Below are positions 1 through 9,332 of a stretch of 64,000 nt of DNA, piece by piece. The translations under genes and the position numbers were made by a program. Numbering within the stretch: the first letter of the stretch is position 1; each line of letters begins with the position of its first letter. This DNA is from Pseudomonadota bacterium (lineage in GTDB: Bacteria > Pseudomonadota > Gammaproteobacteria > Xanthomonadales > Rhodanobacteraceae): the NCBI GenBank assembly GCA_021794575.1, contig JAJYQO010000079.1, positions 15,006-79,005 of the forward strand. Reading direction: 5' to 3'. The notes under the pieces are model-generated. The model did no database searches. It was given only the letters and a program-made list of their open reading frames with translations, and had not been told where the DNA came from.

Positions 1-1348
1 CCACAGCCTGCGGGATGGCTTCGAGCAGCCGCGCCCCCCCCAGGGCCATATGCCGATGGATGTTTTCCACTACCACGATGGCGTCATCGACCAGGATGCC
101 GATCGAGAAGATCAGCGCGAATAGCGAGACGCGGTTGATGGTGAAGCCGATCGCCCATGAGGCGAACAGGGTGATGCCCAGAGTCACCAGCACCGCCGAG
201 CCGACCACGATTGCCTCGCGCCACCCCAGTGCCAGCAGCACCAGCAGCACCACTGAGACCGTGGCCAGCAACAGGTGGTCCATCAACTCGCTGGCCTTGG
301 CGTCAGCGCTGTGGCCGCTGTCGCGGGTGATCGCGACGTGTACGTCGGCCGGAATCTCGATGTTCTTCAGCGCCTTCAGCCTCGCGCGCACGGCGTCGGT
401 GATGTTGATGGCGTTCTCGCCCTGCTTCTTGGCAATGGCGATGGTCACTGCCGGCGCCAGACCCGTGGCGGCACCGCCTTTGCCTGCGGGCGTGCCATAG
501 AAGGCGTAACTGGTGGGGTAATTGGCCCCGCCGACTACCTCGGCGACATCGGAGAGGTAGATGGGCTTGCCACCGGAAAGGCCGATGACCAGGTTATGCA
601 CCTGGTCGACATCCATCAGCAGCGTGCCGGCCTTGACCGGGTAATCGGTATTGTTGTCGTACTCGTCGCCGGCATCGGCCGCCACGTTGGCTGCCTTCAG
701 CGCACCCGCCAGTTCGCCGACGGTCATGTTGTAGGCGGCCAACTTTCCCGGGTCGAGTTTGACCATCACTGCGCGCTGCGGCGCGCCCACCGTGTAGACA
801 TCGCGCGTGCCCGGCACGCGTTTGAGCGTGGTCTCCAACGTGCGCGCCACCTCGGACAACTGCACGCGGTCGGCGTGGTCCGACCACAATGTCAACGTCA
901 TGATGGGCACGTCGTTGATACCCATGGCGTTGATGATCGGTTGCCCGACGCCAAGGTTGGATGGCGCATAGTCGAGGTTGGAGTAGACCTTGTTGTAGAG
1001 CCGGATGATCGCGTCCTGGCGCGAGACACCGACACGGAATTCGGCGGTAATGATGGCGACGCCGGGCTGGCTCACCGAGTAGACGTGCTTGATTCCGCGG
1101 ATCTCGGAAACTTTCTGCTCCAGCGGAAACGCCACCAGATTTTCGACATCGCGCACATCGGCACCGGGAAACGGCACCGTGATCGTGGCCATGGTGACCT
1201 CGATCTGCGGATCCTCTTCGCGCGGCGTGATGATGGCGGCTGCAACGCCCAGCAGCAGGCCGACCAACGCCAGCAGCGGAGTGATCTGCGAAGTCTGGAA
1301 CGCGCGCGCGATACGCCCGGAGATGCCAAGCGGCTTGTTGCCGGTCAT
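1..1348 (-). CDS. RND efflux permease (AcrB/AcrD/AcrF family), N-terminal part; runs off the window edge
   Basis: Manual translation from ATG at 1348: MTGNKPLGISGRIARAFQTSQITPLLALVGLLLGVAAAIITPREEDPQIEVTMATITVPFPGA..., a typical RND TM1 plus 'PREEDPQI' motif. Lies directly downstream of an MFP gene. Missing from the ORF track because it has no stop in the window. Confidence 0.9.
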   Translation of the reverse strand, partial: MTGNKPLGISGRIARAFQTSQITPLLALVGLLLGVAAAIITPREEDPQIEVTMATITVPFPGADVRDVENLVAFPLEQKVSEIRGIKHVYSVSQPGVAIITAEFRVGVSRQDAIIRLYNKVYSNLDYAPSNLGVGQPIINAMGINDVPIMTLTLWSDHADRVQLSEVARTLETTLKRVPGTRDVYTVGAPQRAVMVKLDPGKLAAYNMTVGELAGALKAANVAADAGDEYDNNTDYPVKAGTLLMDVDQVHNLVIGLSGGKPIYLSDVAEVVGGANYPTSYAFYGTPAGKGGAATGLAPAVTIAIAKKQGENAINITDAVRARLKALKNIEIPADVHVAITRDSGHSADAKASELMDHLLLATVSVVLLVLLALGWREAIVVGSAVLVTLGITLFASWAIGFTINRVSLFALIFSIGILVDDAIVVVENIHRHMALGGARLLEAIPQAV

Positions 1349-1352
1349 GTGC

Positions 1353-2426
1353 TCAGGTTCCCCTGCCCTGGTGTCGATTCACCAGCCAGGCCACCGCTTG
1401 CAGCGGATCACGCGCGATGCGCTCGCCGGGCACGAGGCCGGAGATCACCTCGACCTCGCCGCCAAAGCGATGCCCAAGGCGAATCTGGCGCAAGGCGACC
1501 TGGTCGCCATGCACCACGTAGACGCCCGTGATCTCACCACGACGCAGCAACGCAGACTCGGGAATCATCAGCCGCGATCGCGCGCCGACCATGAAGGCCA
1601 CCCGCACCACCTCGCCGGGATTGAGGCTGGTGTCGGCCGGCGGCAGTTCCAGGCGCACGGTGAAAGTGTGCGTAGCGGGATCGGCGTAGGGAAACACGAT
1701 GACCCGGGTCGCCTCGATGCGACGCGCGCCGCCATCCAGCACCAGCCAGCCGCGGGCATACCTGCGGATGGCCGCCACATCCGACTGCGGCACCTGCGCT
1801 TCGACGCGCAGCTGGTTCAGGGAAATCCCGGCGATCAGCGGCTGGCCGGGCCGTACCGCCTCGCCGACCTGCACGAAGCGTTGCGTGACGATGCCGGCGT
1901 ATGGCGCGCGCACCACGGTGTAATCCTGGCTTTGTTGAGCGGCACGGAAATTCTGCCGGGCCGCATCCAGCGCGGCCTTGGCCGAGTCGGCGCTGGCCCG
2001 GGCCTGGTCGTATTGCGCCTTCGACACCAGCCTGCGCGCGTACACCGCTGCGATGCGCTGATACTGCGCTTCGGCATCTCTGTAGGCCGCCTGCGCCACG
2101 CGCACCTGCGCCATTGCCGAGTGCGCTGCGGCGCCCTGCTCGACGTCGGTCAGCCGCGCAACCACGGCGCCTTTCGGCACGTAATCATTGACGTCATAGG
2201 GCAGTTCGACAATACGCCCCGAGGTTTGCGCCGACAGCGTGGCACGGTTGACTGCCTGTACGGTGCCGTCCCACACGTGCTCGCGCGGCACCATCCGCTC
2301 GGCCAGCGTGATCACCGGCACCGGCGGCGCTGGACGCGCGCCGGCCTGCGGTTGCGGCGATCGGCCACAGCCCGCCAGCATCAGCAGGACAGCGGCGACG
2401 CTCAGAGGCCTGCGCAGATTGGACAT
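1353..2426 (-). CDS. RND efflux periplasmic adaptor (MFP), lipoprotein
   Basis: MSNLRRPLSVAAVLLMLAGC lipobox; GTVQAV..ATLSAQTSGRIVELPYDVNDYV and VRAPYAGIVTQRFVQVGEAV lipoyl motifs; helical hairpin. Confidence 0.92.
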   Translation of the reverse strand: MSNLRRPLSVAAVLLMLAGCGRSPQPQAGARPAPPVPVITLAERMVPREHVWDGTVQAVNRATLSAQTSGRIVELPYDVNDYVPKGAVVARLTDVEQGAAAHSAMAQVRVAQAAYRDAEAQYQRIAAVYARRLVSKAQYDQARASADSAKAALDAARQNFRAAQQSQDYTVVRAPYAGIVTQRFVQVGEAVRPGQPLIAGISLNQLRVEAQVPQSDVAAIRRYARGWLVLDGGARRIEATRVIVFPYADPATHTFTVRLELPPADTSLNPGEVVRVAFMVGARSRLMIPESALLRRGEITGVYVVHGDQVALRQIRLGHRFGGEVEVISGLVPGERIARDPLQAVAWLVNRHQGRGT

Positions 2427-2434
2427 ACGCACCT

Positions 2435-2638
2435 TCAGCGGAACGCGCAGCCGGCCGGCAAACCGAGCCTGCGCAGCAGCATCGCCAGCGGACAGAAGCC
2501 GGTGAACGCCGACTGCAGCAAGTTCAAGCCGACAAAAGCCGCCAGCAGCAGCCAGGCAGGCGCCACAAAGTAACCCAGCAGCAGGCTGCTCAGGATCATG
2601 GAGCCGGCAAACGCGAAGATGATGCGATCGATGTTCAT
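2435..2638 (-). CDS. DUF2892 / YgaP-like small membrane protein
   Basis: 67 aa, two TM helices, C-terminal SAFTGFCPLAMLL motif. Confidence 0.88.
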   Translation of the reverse strand: MNIDRIIFAFAGSMILSSLLLGYFVAPAWLLLAAFVGLNLLQSAFTGFCPLAMLLRRLGLPAGCAFR

Positions 2639-2689
2639 GGCGGTAACACTCGTGGTTGATATGCAAAACCGGGCATCCTGCCGCCTGAT

Positions 2690-3063
2690 TCAAAGCGGCT
2701 GCATGCCAGCAAACGGGCGCGGCAAAGCCGCACCACTTTTGTCGCGACCAGCACTCGCGTGCCAGTTATCGTAAGGCGGCTCCTTGCCGTCGCGCGTGAC
2801 CGGCAGGTTCTGCTCGGCGCCGATCTCGGTAACGGCCGTGTCGATGCAGGCGATAGTTCTTGCGCGCCAGATTGCAGCCGACTTCCAGCACCACGTCACC
2901 GGCCTTGCGCCACTCCACGCTGACCCACACGGTGGACGGCGTAAACGAGAATCCAGTGCCATCGCCGACCGCGGCACGCAGCGCTCCTTGCCCAGATACG
3001 CACGCAACTCGTACACCGCAGTCATACCGCCGAAACCAGTGTCCAAAATAGTGTTTTGGCCAT
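2690..3063 (-). pseudogene. sqr: Frameshifted, truncated sulfide:quinone oxidoreductase (SQR) N-terminal fragment
   Basis: SQR-like segments lie in three frames: MAK (ATG 3063), GFGGMTAVYELRAYLGKE, GDGTGFSFTPSTVWVSVEWRKAGDV, IACIDTAVTEIGAEQN..TRDGKEPPYD. They match the type I SQR pattern GAGxGG..AYE / F.F.PSNPWV.VGW / D..YDYL. Only about 100 codons remain. Confidence 0.8.
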
Positions 3064-3116
3064 GATCGATCTCCGCTCGTGCTCGGCGCCGTGGCGCAGG
3101 ACACGCAACACAAATA

Positions 3117-3146
3117 TTAGCATTGTCTAAATTATATTATACTTAT
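3117..3146. promoter_or_regulatory. AT-rich divergent promoter/operator between sqr and the ArsR gene
   Basis: TTAG-CATTGT-CTAA inverted repeat (3117-3130) next to ATTATATTATA, which reads TATAAT on the minus strand; strongly AT-rich against a GC-rich background. Confidence 0.5.
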
Positions 3147-3218
3147 GTTGTCAACACCCAAAGTTCCGGCGTTACAGCTACAGTAGCGGACAGACCTGCT
3201 TCACGTTCAGAGTGCCAC

Positions 3219-3626
3219 ATGCCAAAAAAGATAGCGGGTTCCGCAAAACCGTCCGCACGCGCTGTGCACGCGAGGGCTGCGTCCTCCTACCCCGAATTCG
3301 ACATCGAGGGCATGCAGCGCAACGCTGACGATGCGGCGCGCATGCTGCGTGCGCTGGCCAACCCGCAGCGCCTGCGCATCTTGTGCCTGCTGGTAGGCGG
3401 CGAAATGTCGGTGGGTCAAATCAACGAACGCGTGGACTTGAGCCAGTCGGCACTCTCGCAGCATCTCGCGGTGCTGCGCGAGGAGCGTTTGGTGTCCACT
3501 CGCCGCGAGGCGCAGACCATCAACTACGCGTTGGCAAGCGGCCCGGCGCAGGTCATCATCGAAACGTTGCACGGCATCTACTGCAAGCCAAGGGCCCGCA
3601 GCAGGACCGCACTATGCGCATCCTGA
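3219..3626 (+). CDS. ArsR/SmtB family repressor, BigR/SqrR/YgaV-like persulfide sensor
   Basis: LRALANPQRLRILCLLVGGEMSVG...SQSALSQHLAVLRE...LHGIYC; both sensor Cys positions of BigR/SqrR (helix 2 'ILCLL' and C-terminal 'IYC') are present. An alternative start is at 3312. Confidence 0.88.
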   Translation: MPKKIAGSAKPSARAVHARAASSYPEFDIEGMQRNADDAARMLRALANPQRLRILCLLVGGEMSVGQINERVDLSQSALSQHLAVLREERLVSTRREAQTINYALASGPAQVIIETLHGIYCKPRARSRTALCAS

Positions 3627-3641
3627 GCGATGCGGCGGCGG

Positions 3642-3956
3642 TCAAGCCCAGGAGAACCCAGGTGCTGGTGCGGCGACTTGCGACTGTTCGTGTTCACGCT
3701 TGAAACCGGCCGCGATGCGACGCATGCGCTCGAATGACTCCACCAGTTCGCGCGCATGACGCACCAACTCGCGACCTGCCGGAGTGACGCGCACACCGCC
3801 GCGGCTGCGCTCGAAGCATTCCACGCCTAGATAGCCTTCGAGTTTGCGCAGTTGGATGCTGAGCGTGGACTGCGTGACGTGGCAACGTCGCGCGGCCTCA
3901 TGAAAGTTCAGGCAGTCCGCCACGGCGATCAGGTAACGGAAATCACGGATGCTCAT
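3642..3956 (-). CDS. LysR-family (OxyR-like) HTH-only protein; possibly a truncated pseudogene
   Basis: MSIRDFRYLIAVADCLNFHEAARRCHVTQSTLSIQLRKLEGYLGVECFER; 104 aa, stops after the linker helix, no effector-binding domain. Confidence 0.75.
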   Translation of the reverse strand: MSIRDFRYLIAVADCLNFHEAARRCHVTQSTLSIQLRKLEGYLGVECFERSRGGVRVTPAGRELVRHARELVESFERMRRIAAGFKREHEQSQVAAPAPGFSWA

Positions 3957-4224
3957 GGGCGGGCTCCATGGAAGGCTTGCGATGCATGCTGTGCCGGACC
4001 GAGGCCATTGTCCAAGCGATTGTCGCGATGGATGGCATCGAGGCCGTCTATTTCCGGGCCAACCGCTACTCAGCAGCCGCGTGTCTACTCCTTGAGGCGG
4101 TCCAACTTCTTTGCACCGAATCGCGCGCGGCCAGTCGTTCGTGGGAGACACGCGGGAGAAGTCCTCCTAGCCCTTAGGCGACTAAAGCGTGGGCGGTCTC
4201 GTACCGCCCACGCCAACTTCATCT

Positions 4225-5064
4225 TTAGAACGCGTATTTGGCTGACGCACCCAACCCATAACCGGGACTTCCGCTGGAGAGGCCGCCGAGCACGTAGCCT
4301 TGCAGTGTCCACGCGGTATTGACTTTGTGGTTGTAGTACAGCGTGGCTTCCTGCCGAGAGTAGCCTGATGCGGACGGCCGTTGCTGGTAGAAGAAATACA
4401 GGCCCGCGCTGTCGTCTTGATCCATCGCGTAATTGACGCCCACGTTGGCCGACCAGACGTTGCGAAGCTGAATATAGGCCGAGCTGCCGAGGTCGGTGTA
4501 GCCCACCCCGCCAAACGCGGTCCATGCAGAGCCAAGGCCCTTGTAGGCGTCAACTTCTGCGCCGTAGTCGTTCTGTCCGGTACCCAAGCCTTCATTTGCG
4601 CTGGCCGTGCCGAAGTTGACCCGACCACTTACATCAAGCACGAATTGCGACGCCGTGTCGTTGACCACATGGTAGGTCGCCTGGGCCATGACATCGCCCA
4701 ATCCCGATGCGGTACCCGAGGTTGTCGCTCCAGGTGTCGTCCCGCCGACACCAAGCAGCCGGCCGAGTCCTCGCCCCAGCGGGTTGTGGTTTTGGACCAC
4801 GCCAATACCGGGAATCACATTGGGGGGGCCTGACACTCGTATCCAAGGCACGGTCACGCGGAACGACCAATCCTGGCCGCTGTAACCGGCCGTGAAGGGC
4901 ACGTCCCAGATCGTGGTGTTGATCGACTGGCCGTACTTGCCGCTGCTGTAATCAAAGCCGGTGCTCGCATAAAACGAGCCGTTGCCGTCGGCCTGAGCCG
5001 CAGGAATACAGAGTGCAAGCAGCGCCAAGGCACAAGAAAGGCGCAGCAGTTGATCTCTCTGCAT
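4225..5064 (-). CDS. Outer-membrane beta-barrel protein, uncharacterised (possibly COG4313/Phenol_MetA_deg-like)
   Basis: Signal peptide (ALCIPAAQA), alternating aromatic beta-strands, SGLGDV motif, C-terminal KYAF (BAM signal Phe). Confidence 0.7.
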   Translation of the reverse strand: MQRDQLLRLSCALALLALCIPAAQADGNGSFYASTGFDYSSGKYGQSINTTIWDVPFTAGYSGQDWSFRVTVPWIRVSGPPNVIPGIGVVQNHNPLGRGLGRLLGVGGTTPGATTSGTASGLGDVMAQATYHVVNDTASQFVLDVSGRVNFGTASANEGLGTGQNDYGAEVDAYKGLGSAWTAFGGVGYTDLGSSAYIQLRNVWSANVGVNYAMDQDDSAGLYFFYQQRPSASGYSRQEATLYYNHKVNTAWTLQGYVLGGLSSGSPGYGLGASAKYAF

Positions 5065-5137
5065 GGAGATTCTCCTGTCGAAGTGAACCGGGCAGGCGCA
5101 TCGCCCGCCCGGTAGGCGAGATTGAAACCGCGGACGA

Positions 5138-5863
5138 TCAGCCGCCGCCGACACCGATGTGCACAGGGAGATTCGGGCGCACCACAGCCGGAATATTGGG
5201 CCGCTGTGGCAGGTTCACGCGGGTAGGCAGTACCGCGTGCAGCGAGGCATTGGCCGCCCCATCAGCAGAAGCGGTCATGCCGGTGGCCTTCACGTTAGCG
5301 CGCACACCGGCCTGCCCCTGCATGCCGGCCCTGCTGTTACTTGTTTCGGAGGTGCTGACCAGATCTCCAAGGTTGTAACCGAGACCCTTGGCAATCTGAC
5401 CCCAGCCTTGGCCCTGCTGGCGCATCGCTAGCACTCCACCAACAGGTACAGAGCCCGCGGCCGTAGCCAGCGTGCCGCCATCGAGTACCGCCTGGATTTG
5501 TTGCGGCGTCGGGTTGGTGATTCCCTGCTTGGATAGCGCCGCCGCCGCCAGCGACAATGCGATGTTGACCTCGCCATAGCCCATGGCTTTGCCGACAGGC
5601 GTGATGGTGGTCTGAGTCAGTGCACCTGCAGCATCGGTCGAGCTCAGTACGAAAGATGAACCTGAACGCAGCCCGGCCACCAGAGCAGCGGCGTTGCTCG
5701 CGGATCCCGCAAAGTCGGTGTAGCGACTGACGAGCCGGGCGGTCTCGGTCGAAGTGGCAGTGGCCGAAGCCGCTGCGCTGCCGCCGGCAATAGCGAACGG
5801 TGCGCCGAAGGCTGCCAGAGCAGCGGTACAGGACAGTGCAAGCATGCGACGATGGAACGTCAT
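5138..5863 (-). CDS. Secreted Ala/Gly/Thr-rich hypothetical protein (MGYGEV...GWGQIAKGLG motifs)
   Basis: 241 aa ORF with AGGAGG RBS upstream of ATG 5863 and a signal peptide. Confidence 0.75.
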   Translation of the reverse strand: MTFHRRMLALSCTAALAAFGAPFAIAGGSAAASATATSTETARLVSRYTDFAGSASNAAALVAGLRSGSSFVLSSTDAAGALTQTTITPVGKAMGYGEVNIALSLAAAALSKQGITNPTPQQIQAVLDGGTLATAAGSVPVGGVLAMRQQGQGWGQIAKGLGYNLGDLVSTSETSNSRAGMQGQAGVRANVKATGMTASADGAANASLHAVLPTRVNLPQRPNIPAVVRPNLPVHIGVGGG

Positions 5864-6159
5864 AGGAACCTCCTACGTTGATTGGATCAACTCGAACTGA
5901 TGAACCACTGATTCCAGGCACTCATCCCTGGTCGACTGCAAGGATCGGGAGCGCCCGATCGAAACTTTTGCACTTTGTGTAAGCAGGATGCAACACATAC
6001 GCAACCGTTCATCGCCGACCGAAGGCTTATCGCGACAGTTGGTTTAGATGTCGTTTACGAATCAAGTGTGTTATCAGCACTTCACATTGCGCGCGGTGCG
6101 GTGTCGGCGGCAGGCGATCGACGGTCTGCTAGCCTTTCGTTTTCGCATTCCGCATCTGC

Positions 6160-7317
6160 ATGCCTGACGCGCGCCGCTATCACCGTCTGCCCTCGCCGTT
6201 TCTCATGAAGCGCGGCGGCGAACTGCACAGCGCCGACCTCGCTTACGAAACCTGGGGAACGCTCTCGCCACATGCCGACAATGCCGTGCTGGTGCTGCCG
6301 GGGCTGTCACCCAGCGCACATGCCGCTTCGAACCGGCACGATCCCAGCGATGGCTGGTGGGAGGCCATCATCGGTCCCGGCAAGGCCATCGATACCGGCC
6401 GCTGGTTCGTGATCTGCATCAACTCGCTGGGCAGTTGCAAAGGTTCCACCGGACCCGCTTCGAATAACCCGGACTCCGGCAAGCCCTATGGCATCGAATT
6501 TCCCGAACTGACCCTTGAAGATGCCGCCAATGCCAACCAGTGTCTGCTTGATGCCCTCGGCATCAAGCGTCTGGCCTGCCTGGTGGGCTGTTCAATGGGC
6601 GGCATGACCGCGCTGGCGCAGATGCTGCTGCATCCGGGATGCACCCGCGCGCACATCAGCATTTCCACCGCACCGCAGGCGCAGCCTTTCGCCATCGCCA
6701 TCCGCTCATTGCAGCGCGAAGCCATCCGCCTCGACCCCAACTGGAACGACGGTGACTACGACGAGGCGCACTATCCCGAGGCCGGCATGCGCATCGCGCG
6801 CAAGCTTGGCGTGATCACCTACCGCTCCGCACTGGAGTGGAGCGGCCGCTTCAGCCGTATCCGCCTGGATAGCGGCGCGCGCGAGGGCGATCCCTTCGCC
6901 GCCGAGTTCGCCGTGGAGTCGTACCTCGAGGCACACGCGCGGCGCTTCGTGCGCACCTACGACCCCAACAGCTACCTCTACCTCAGCCGCGCCAGCGACT
7001 GGTTCGACGTGGCCGAGTACGGTGATGGCAGCGTGGCGGACGGGTTGCGCAGAATCCATATCGAGGATGCACTGGTGATCGGCGTCGAGACCGACATCCT
7101 GTTTCCGATCGAGCAGCAGAAAGCCGTCGCCGACGGCCTCGCAGCCTCCGGCGCGCGCGTGCGCTTCGAGGCACTCGACTCACCGCAGGGCCATGATGCG
7201 TTTCTGGTGGACACCGAACGCTTCGGCGCCGCCATACGTGCGTTCCTCGACACCCTGCCCAGGACGGACAGCATCGGTAGCTGCGTGGTGCCGCTGCCGC
7301 AGCACCACGAAAACTGA
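6160..7317 (+). CDS. metX: MetX-family acyltransferase, serine O-succinyltransferase type
   Basis: AYETWG, GLSPSAHA (in place of HALTG), VGCSMGG nucleophile elbow, SPQGHDAFL catalytic His. The GLSP..HA variant is typical of the Xanthomonas serine-acylating subgroup. Confidence 0.85.
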   Translation: MPDARRYHRLPSPFLMKRGGELHSADLAYETWGTLSPHADNAVLVLPGLSPSAHAASNRHDPSDGWWEAIIGPGKAIDTGRWFVICINSLGSCKGSTGPASNNPDSGKPYGIEFPELTLEDAANANQCLLDALGIKRLACLVGCSMGGMTALAQMLLHPGCTRAHISISTAPQAQPFAIAIRSLQREAIRLDPNWNDGDYDEAHYPEAGMRIARKLGVITYRSALEWSGRFSRIRLDSGAREGDPFAAEFAVESYLEAHARRFVRTYDPNSYLYLSRASDWFDVAEYGDGSVADGLRRIHIEDALVIGVETDILFPIEQQKAVADGLAASGARVRFEALDSPQGHDAFLVDTERFGAAIRAFLDTLPRTDSIGSCVVPLPQHHEN

Positions 7318-7380
7318 CTTGGCGCAGTGCCCGAGTCTCGACCCAGTGCGGCGATTCGCGCATACTGCGCGGCCTGCACG

Positions 7381-7467
7381 GCCGAAGTGGCGGAATCGGT
7401 AGACGCAGCGGACTCAAAATCCGCCGCCCTTAAAAGCGTGAGGGTTCGAGTCCCTCCTTCGGCACCA
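7381..7467 (+). tRNA. tRNA-Leu (CAA)
   Basis: GCCGAAG acceptor stem, D-loop GGAATCGGTAGAC, anticodon arm GCGGA-CTCAAAA-TCCGC, long variable arm, GGGTTCGAGTCCC T-arm, 3' ACCA. Confidence 0.97.
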
Positions 7468-7484
7468 ATGAATCAGCGCACTTT

Positions 7485-7509
7485 CACTGCACAGGCTGTG
7501 CAGTGTTTT
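7485..7509 (+). terminator. Rho-independent terminator after tRNA-Leu
   Basis: CACTGCACA-GGC-TGTGCAGTG followed by TTTT. Confidence 0.75.
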
Positions 7510-7537
7510 GTGCAGTTGATACCGGCCCCTACGCGGC

Positions 7538-7930
7538 TCAGCGGTACGGCTGGTAGGACTTCTCTTCGACCAGGCGCGAACCCAGCTTGAGGTTGATGGC
7601 GCGCTTGATGGCGGCGCGCTCGTCGTTGCGCACGTACACGGCGCGCGCGAGCTCGATGAATCCGGCATCGAAGTCCTGCGCTTTCTCCAGCATTCGAATC
7701 CGGTCCTCGATGTCCCACAGCGCCGCGTTGACCCGCTTCAGCGCGGCCCGTTCGGTGGCGATGTCGGCACGCGCGGCCGGATGCGCCTGCCAGGTTTGCT
7801 CCAGCAGGGCCAGTTCGTCGCGCACGTTGGCCAGCTTGGCGGCGTCGGTCATGCGCTCGGACTTGATCTCGAGGATGGTGATCTTGTCCAACAGCTCGCC
7901 GTAGGAGACGGGGACGTGCAACAGACTCAT
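7538..7930 (-). CDS. DUF6165-like conserved protein
   Basis: [23 protein letters not shown]...LWDIED.IR...[18 protein letters not shown]. Confidence 0.75.
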   Translation of the reverse strand: MSLLHVPVSYGELLDKITILEIKSERMTDAAKLANVRDELALLEQTWQAHPAARADIATERAALKRVNAALWDIEDRIRMLEKAQDFDAGFIELARAVYVRNDERAAIKRAINLKLGSRLVEEKSYQPYR

Positions 7931-8499
7931 GACGCGGCTTCCCCATTGGCCGGGCGCGCCGCGAAAGCGCCCATGGCGGCGCGGTAGTGGCGTAGCTCGC
8001 GGATGGAATCGTGGATGTCGCTGAGCGCGGTGTGCGCGGAATCCTTCTCGAAGCCCTTCAGCAGCTGCGGTGCCCAGCGTCGCGCCAGTTCCTTGAGCGT
8101 GGACACATCCAGGTTGCGGTAGTGGAACCAGCGCTCCAGCCGCGGCATCTGCCGTGCCAGAAAACGGCGGTCCTGACAGATCGAGTTGCCGCACATCGGC
8201 GACTGGCCCGCCGGCACCCATTGCTGCAGGAAAGCCAGCGTGGTGTCCTCGGCCTCGAGTACGCCGGTGCGGCTTTGCAGCACCCGGTCCCACAGCCCCG
8301 ACTTGCGGTGCTGATTGCGGTTCCACTCGTCCATAGCCAGCAACCGAGCTTCATCGTGCCGGATGGCCAGCACCGGACCTTCGGCCAGCACGCGCAGTTC
8401 GGCATCGGTAACCACGCTGGCGATCTCGATGATGCTGTCGTTGAGCGTGTCCAGACCGGTCATTTCCAGATCGATCCAGACCAGGTTGTCCTCGGGCAC
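7927..8499 (-). CDS. orn: Oligoribonuclease
   Basis: [50 protein letters not shown] (DEDDh); GTG start at 8499. Confidence 0.96.
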   Translation of the reverse strand: MPEDNLVWIDLEMTGLDTLNDSIIEIASVVTDAELRVLAEGPVLAIRHDEARLLAMDEWNRNQHRKSGLWDRVLQSRTGVLEAEDTTLAFLQQWVPAGQSPMCGNSICQDRRFLARQMPRLERWFHYRNLDVSTLKELARRWAPQLLKGFEKDSAHTALSDIHDSIRELRHYRAAMGAFAARPANGEAAS

Positions 8500-8597
8500 G
8501 GCGCTGTTCCGTCGGTAAAGACGCAGTCTAACAAAGCGCCCCGCTAGGCAAGTCCGCCGGCGCATGCCAAGGTGGCAGCTTTCCGGGACATCCGCCG

Positions 8598-9332
8598 ATG
8601 CACGGCAGCCTTTGCGACGCCGCTTTCGTAGCGCACGATCACGGTGCCGGCGGTACGCGCCTCCGCTACCGCACCTGGCGATCGCCGCAGGCAGATGCTC
8701 ACGCCAAGGTGCCGGTACTCCTGTTCCTGCATGGCTCGGGCGAGCGCGGCGACGACAACCGCGCACAGACGCGGGTCGGACTAGGCCCGACATTGCTGCG
8801 CGATCCGCCGCCATGGCCGCTGTTGGCGGTGTTTCCGCAACTGCCCGAGGGCGCGCGCTGGAGCGGCACCTACGCCCACGACGCGATCGCGATCCTCGAG
8901 GACGCCTGCATGCGCGCGGGCGGCGACCGCGCGCGGGTGGCGCTGACGGGCCTTTCGCGCGGAGGTTACGGCGTATGGGAACTGGCGCTGCGATGGCCGC
9001 GACGCTTCCGCGCGCTGGCGCCGGTGTGCGGCGGCATCACCGCGCCGCCGCACGATGCGGCACTGCACATCGCCGTGCTGGCGGATGCGGCCGATCCCTT
9101 CGCCACCGCCGCAGCGCGCTTGGCGCATCTGCCCTGCTGGCTCGTGCACGGTGCGCGCGATGCGGTGGTTCCGGTGGAACAGTCGCGGCGCATGGCCGCG
9201 GCACTGCAGGCCGCTGGCGCGCCGGTGCACTACTGCGAGCTGCCTAAGGCCCAGCACAATGTCTGGAATGCGGCCTATGCCGACCCGACGCTGTGGCGCT
9301 GGCTGGCGCGGACGCTCGACGAGGAGACTTGA
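8598..9332 (+). CDS. Alpha/beta hydrolase (predicted peptidase/esterase, COG4099-like)
   Basis: [22 protein letters not shown] nucleophile elbow, [13 protein letters not shown]; start uncertain. Confidence 0.8.
   Translation: MHGSLCDAAFVAHDHGAGGTRLRYRTWRSPQADAHAKVPVLLFLHGSGERGDDNRAQTRVGLGPTLLRDPPPWPLLAVFPQLPEGARWSGTYAHDAIAILEDACMRAGGDRARVALTGLSRGGYGVWELALRWPRRFRALAPVCGGITAPPHDAALHIAVLADAADPFATAAARLAHLPCWLVHGARDAVVPVEQSRRMAAALQAAGAPVHYCELPKAQHNVWNAAYADPTLWRWLARTLDEET

Noticed and set aside
3968-4177. 69-aa plus-strand ORF
   Set aside because: No RBS, recognisable motif or codon bias; probably spurious
7381-7540. tRNA-Leu as an island integration site
   Set aside because: Followed directly by its terminator and conserved genes; no integrase or 3'-end duplication seen
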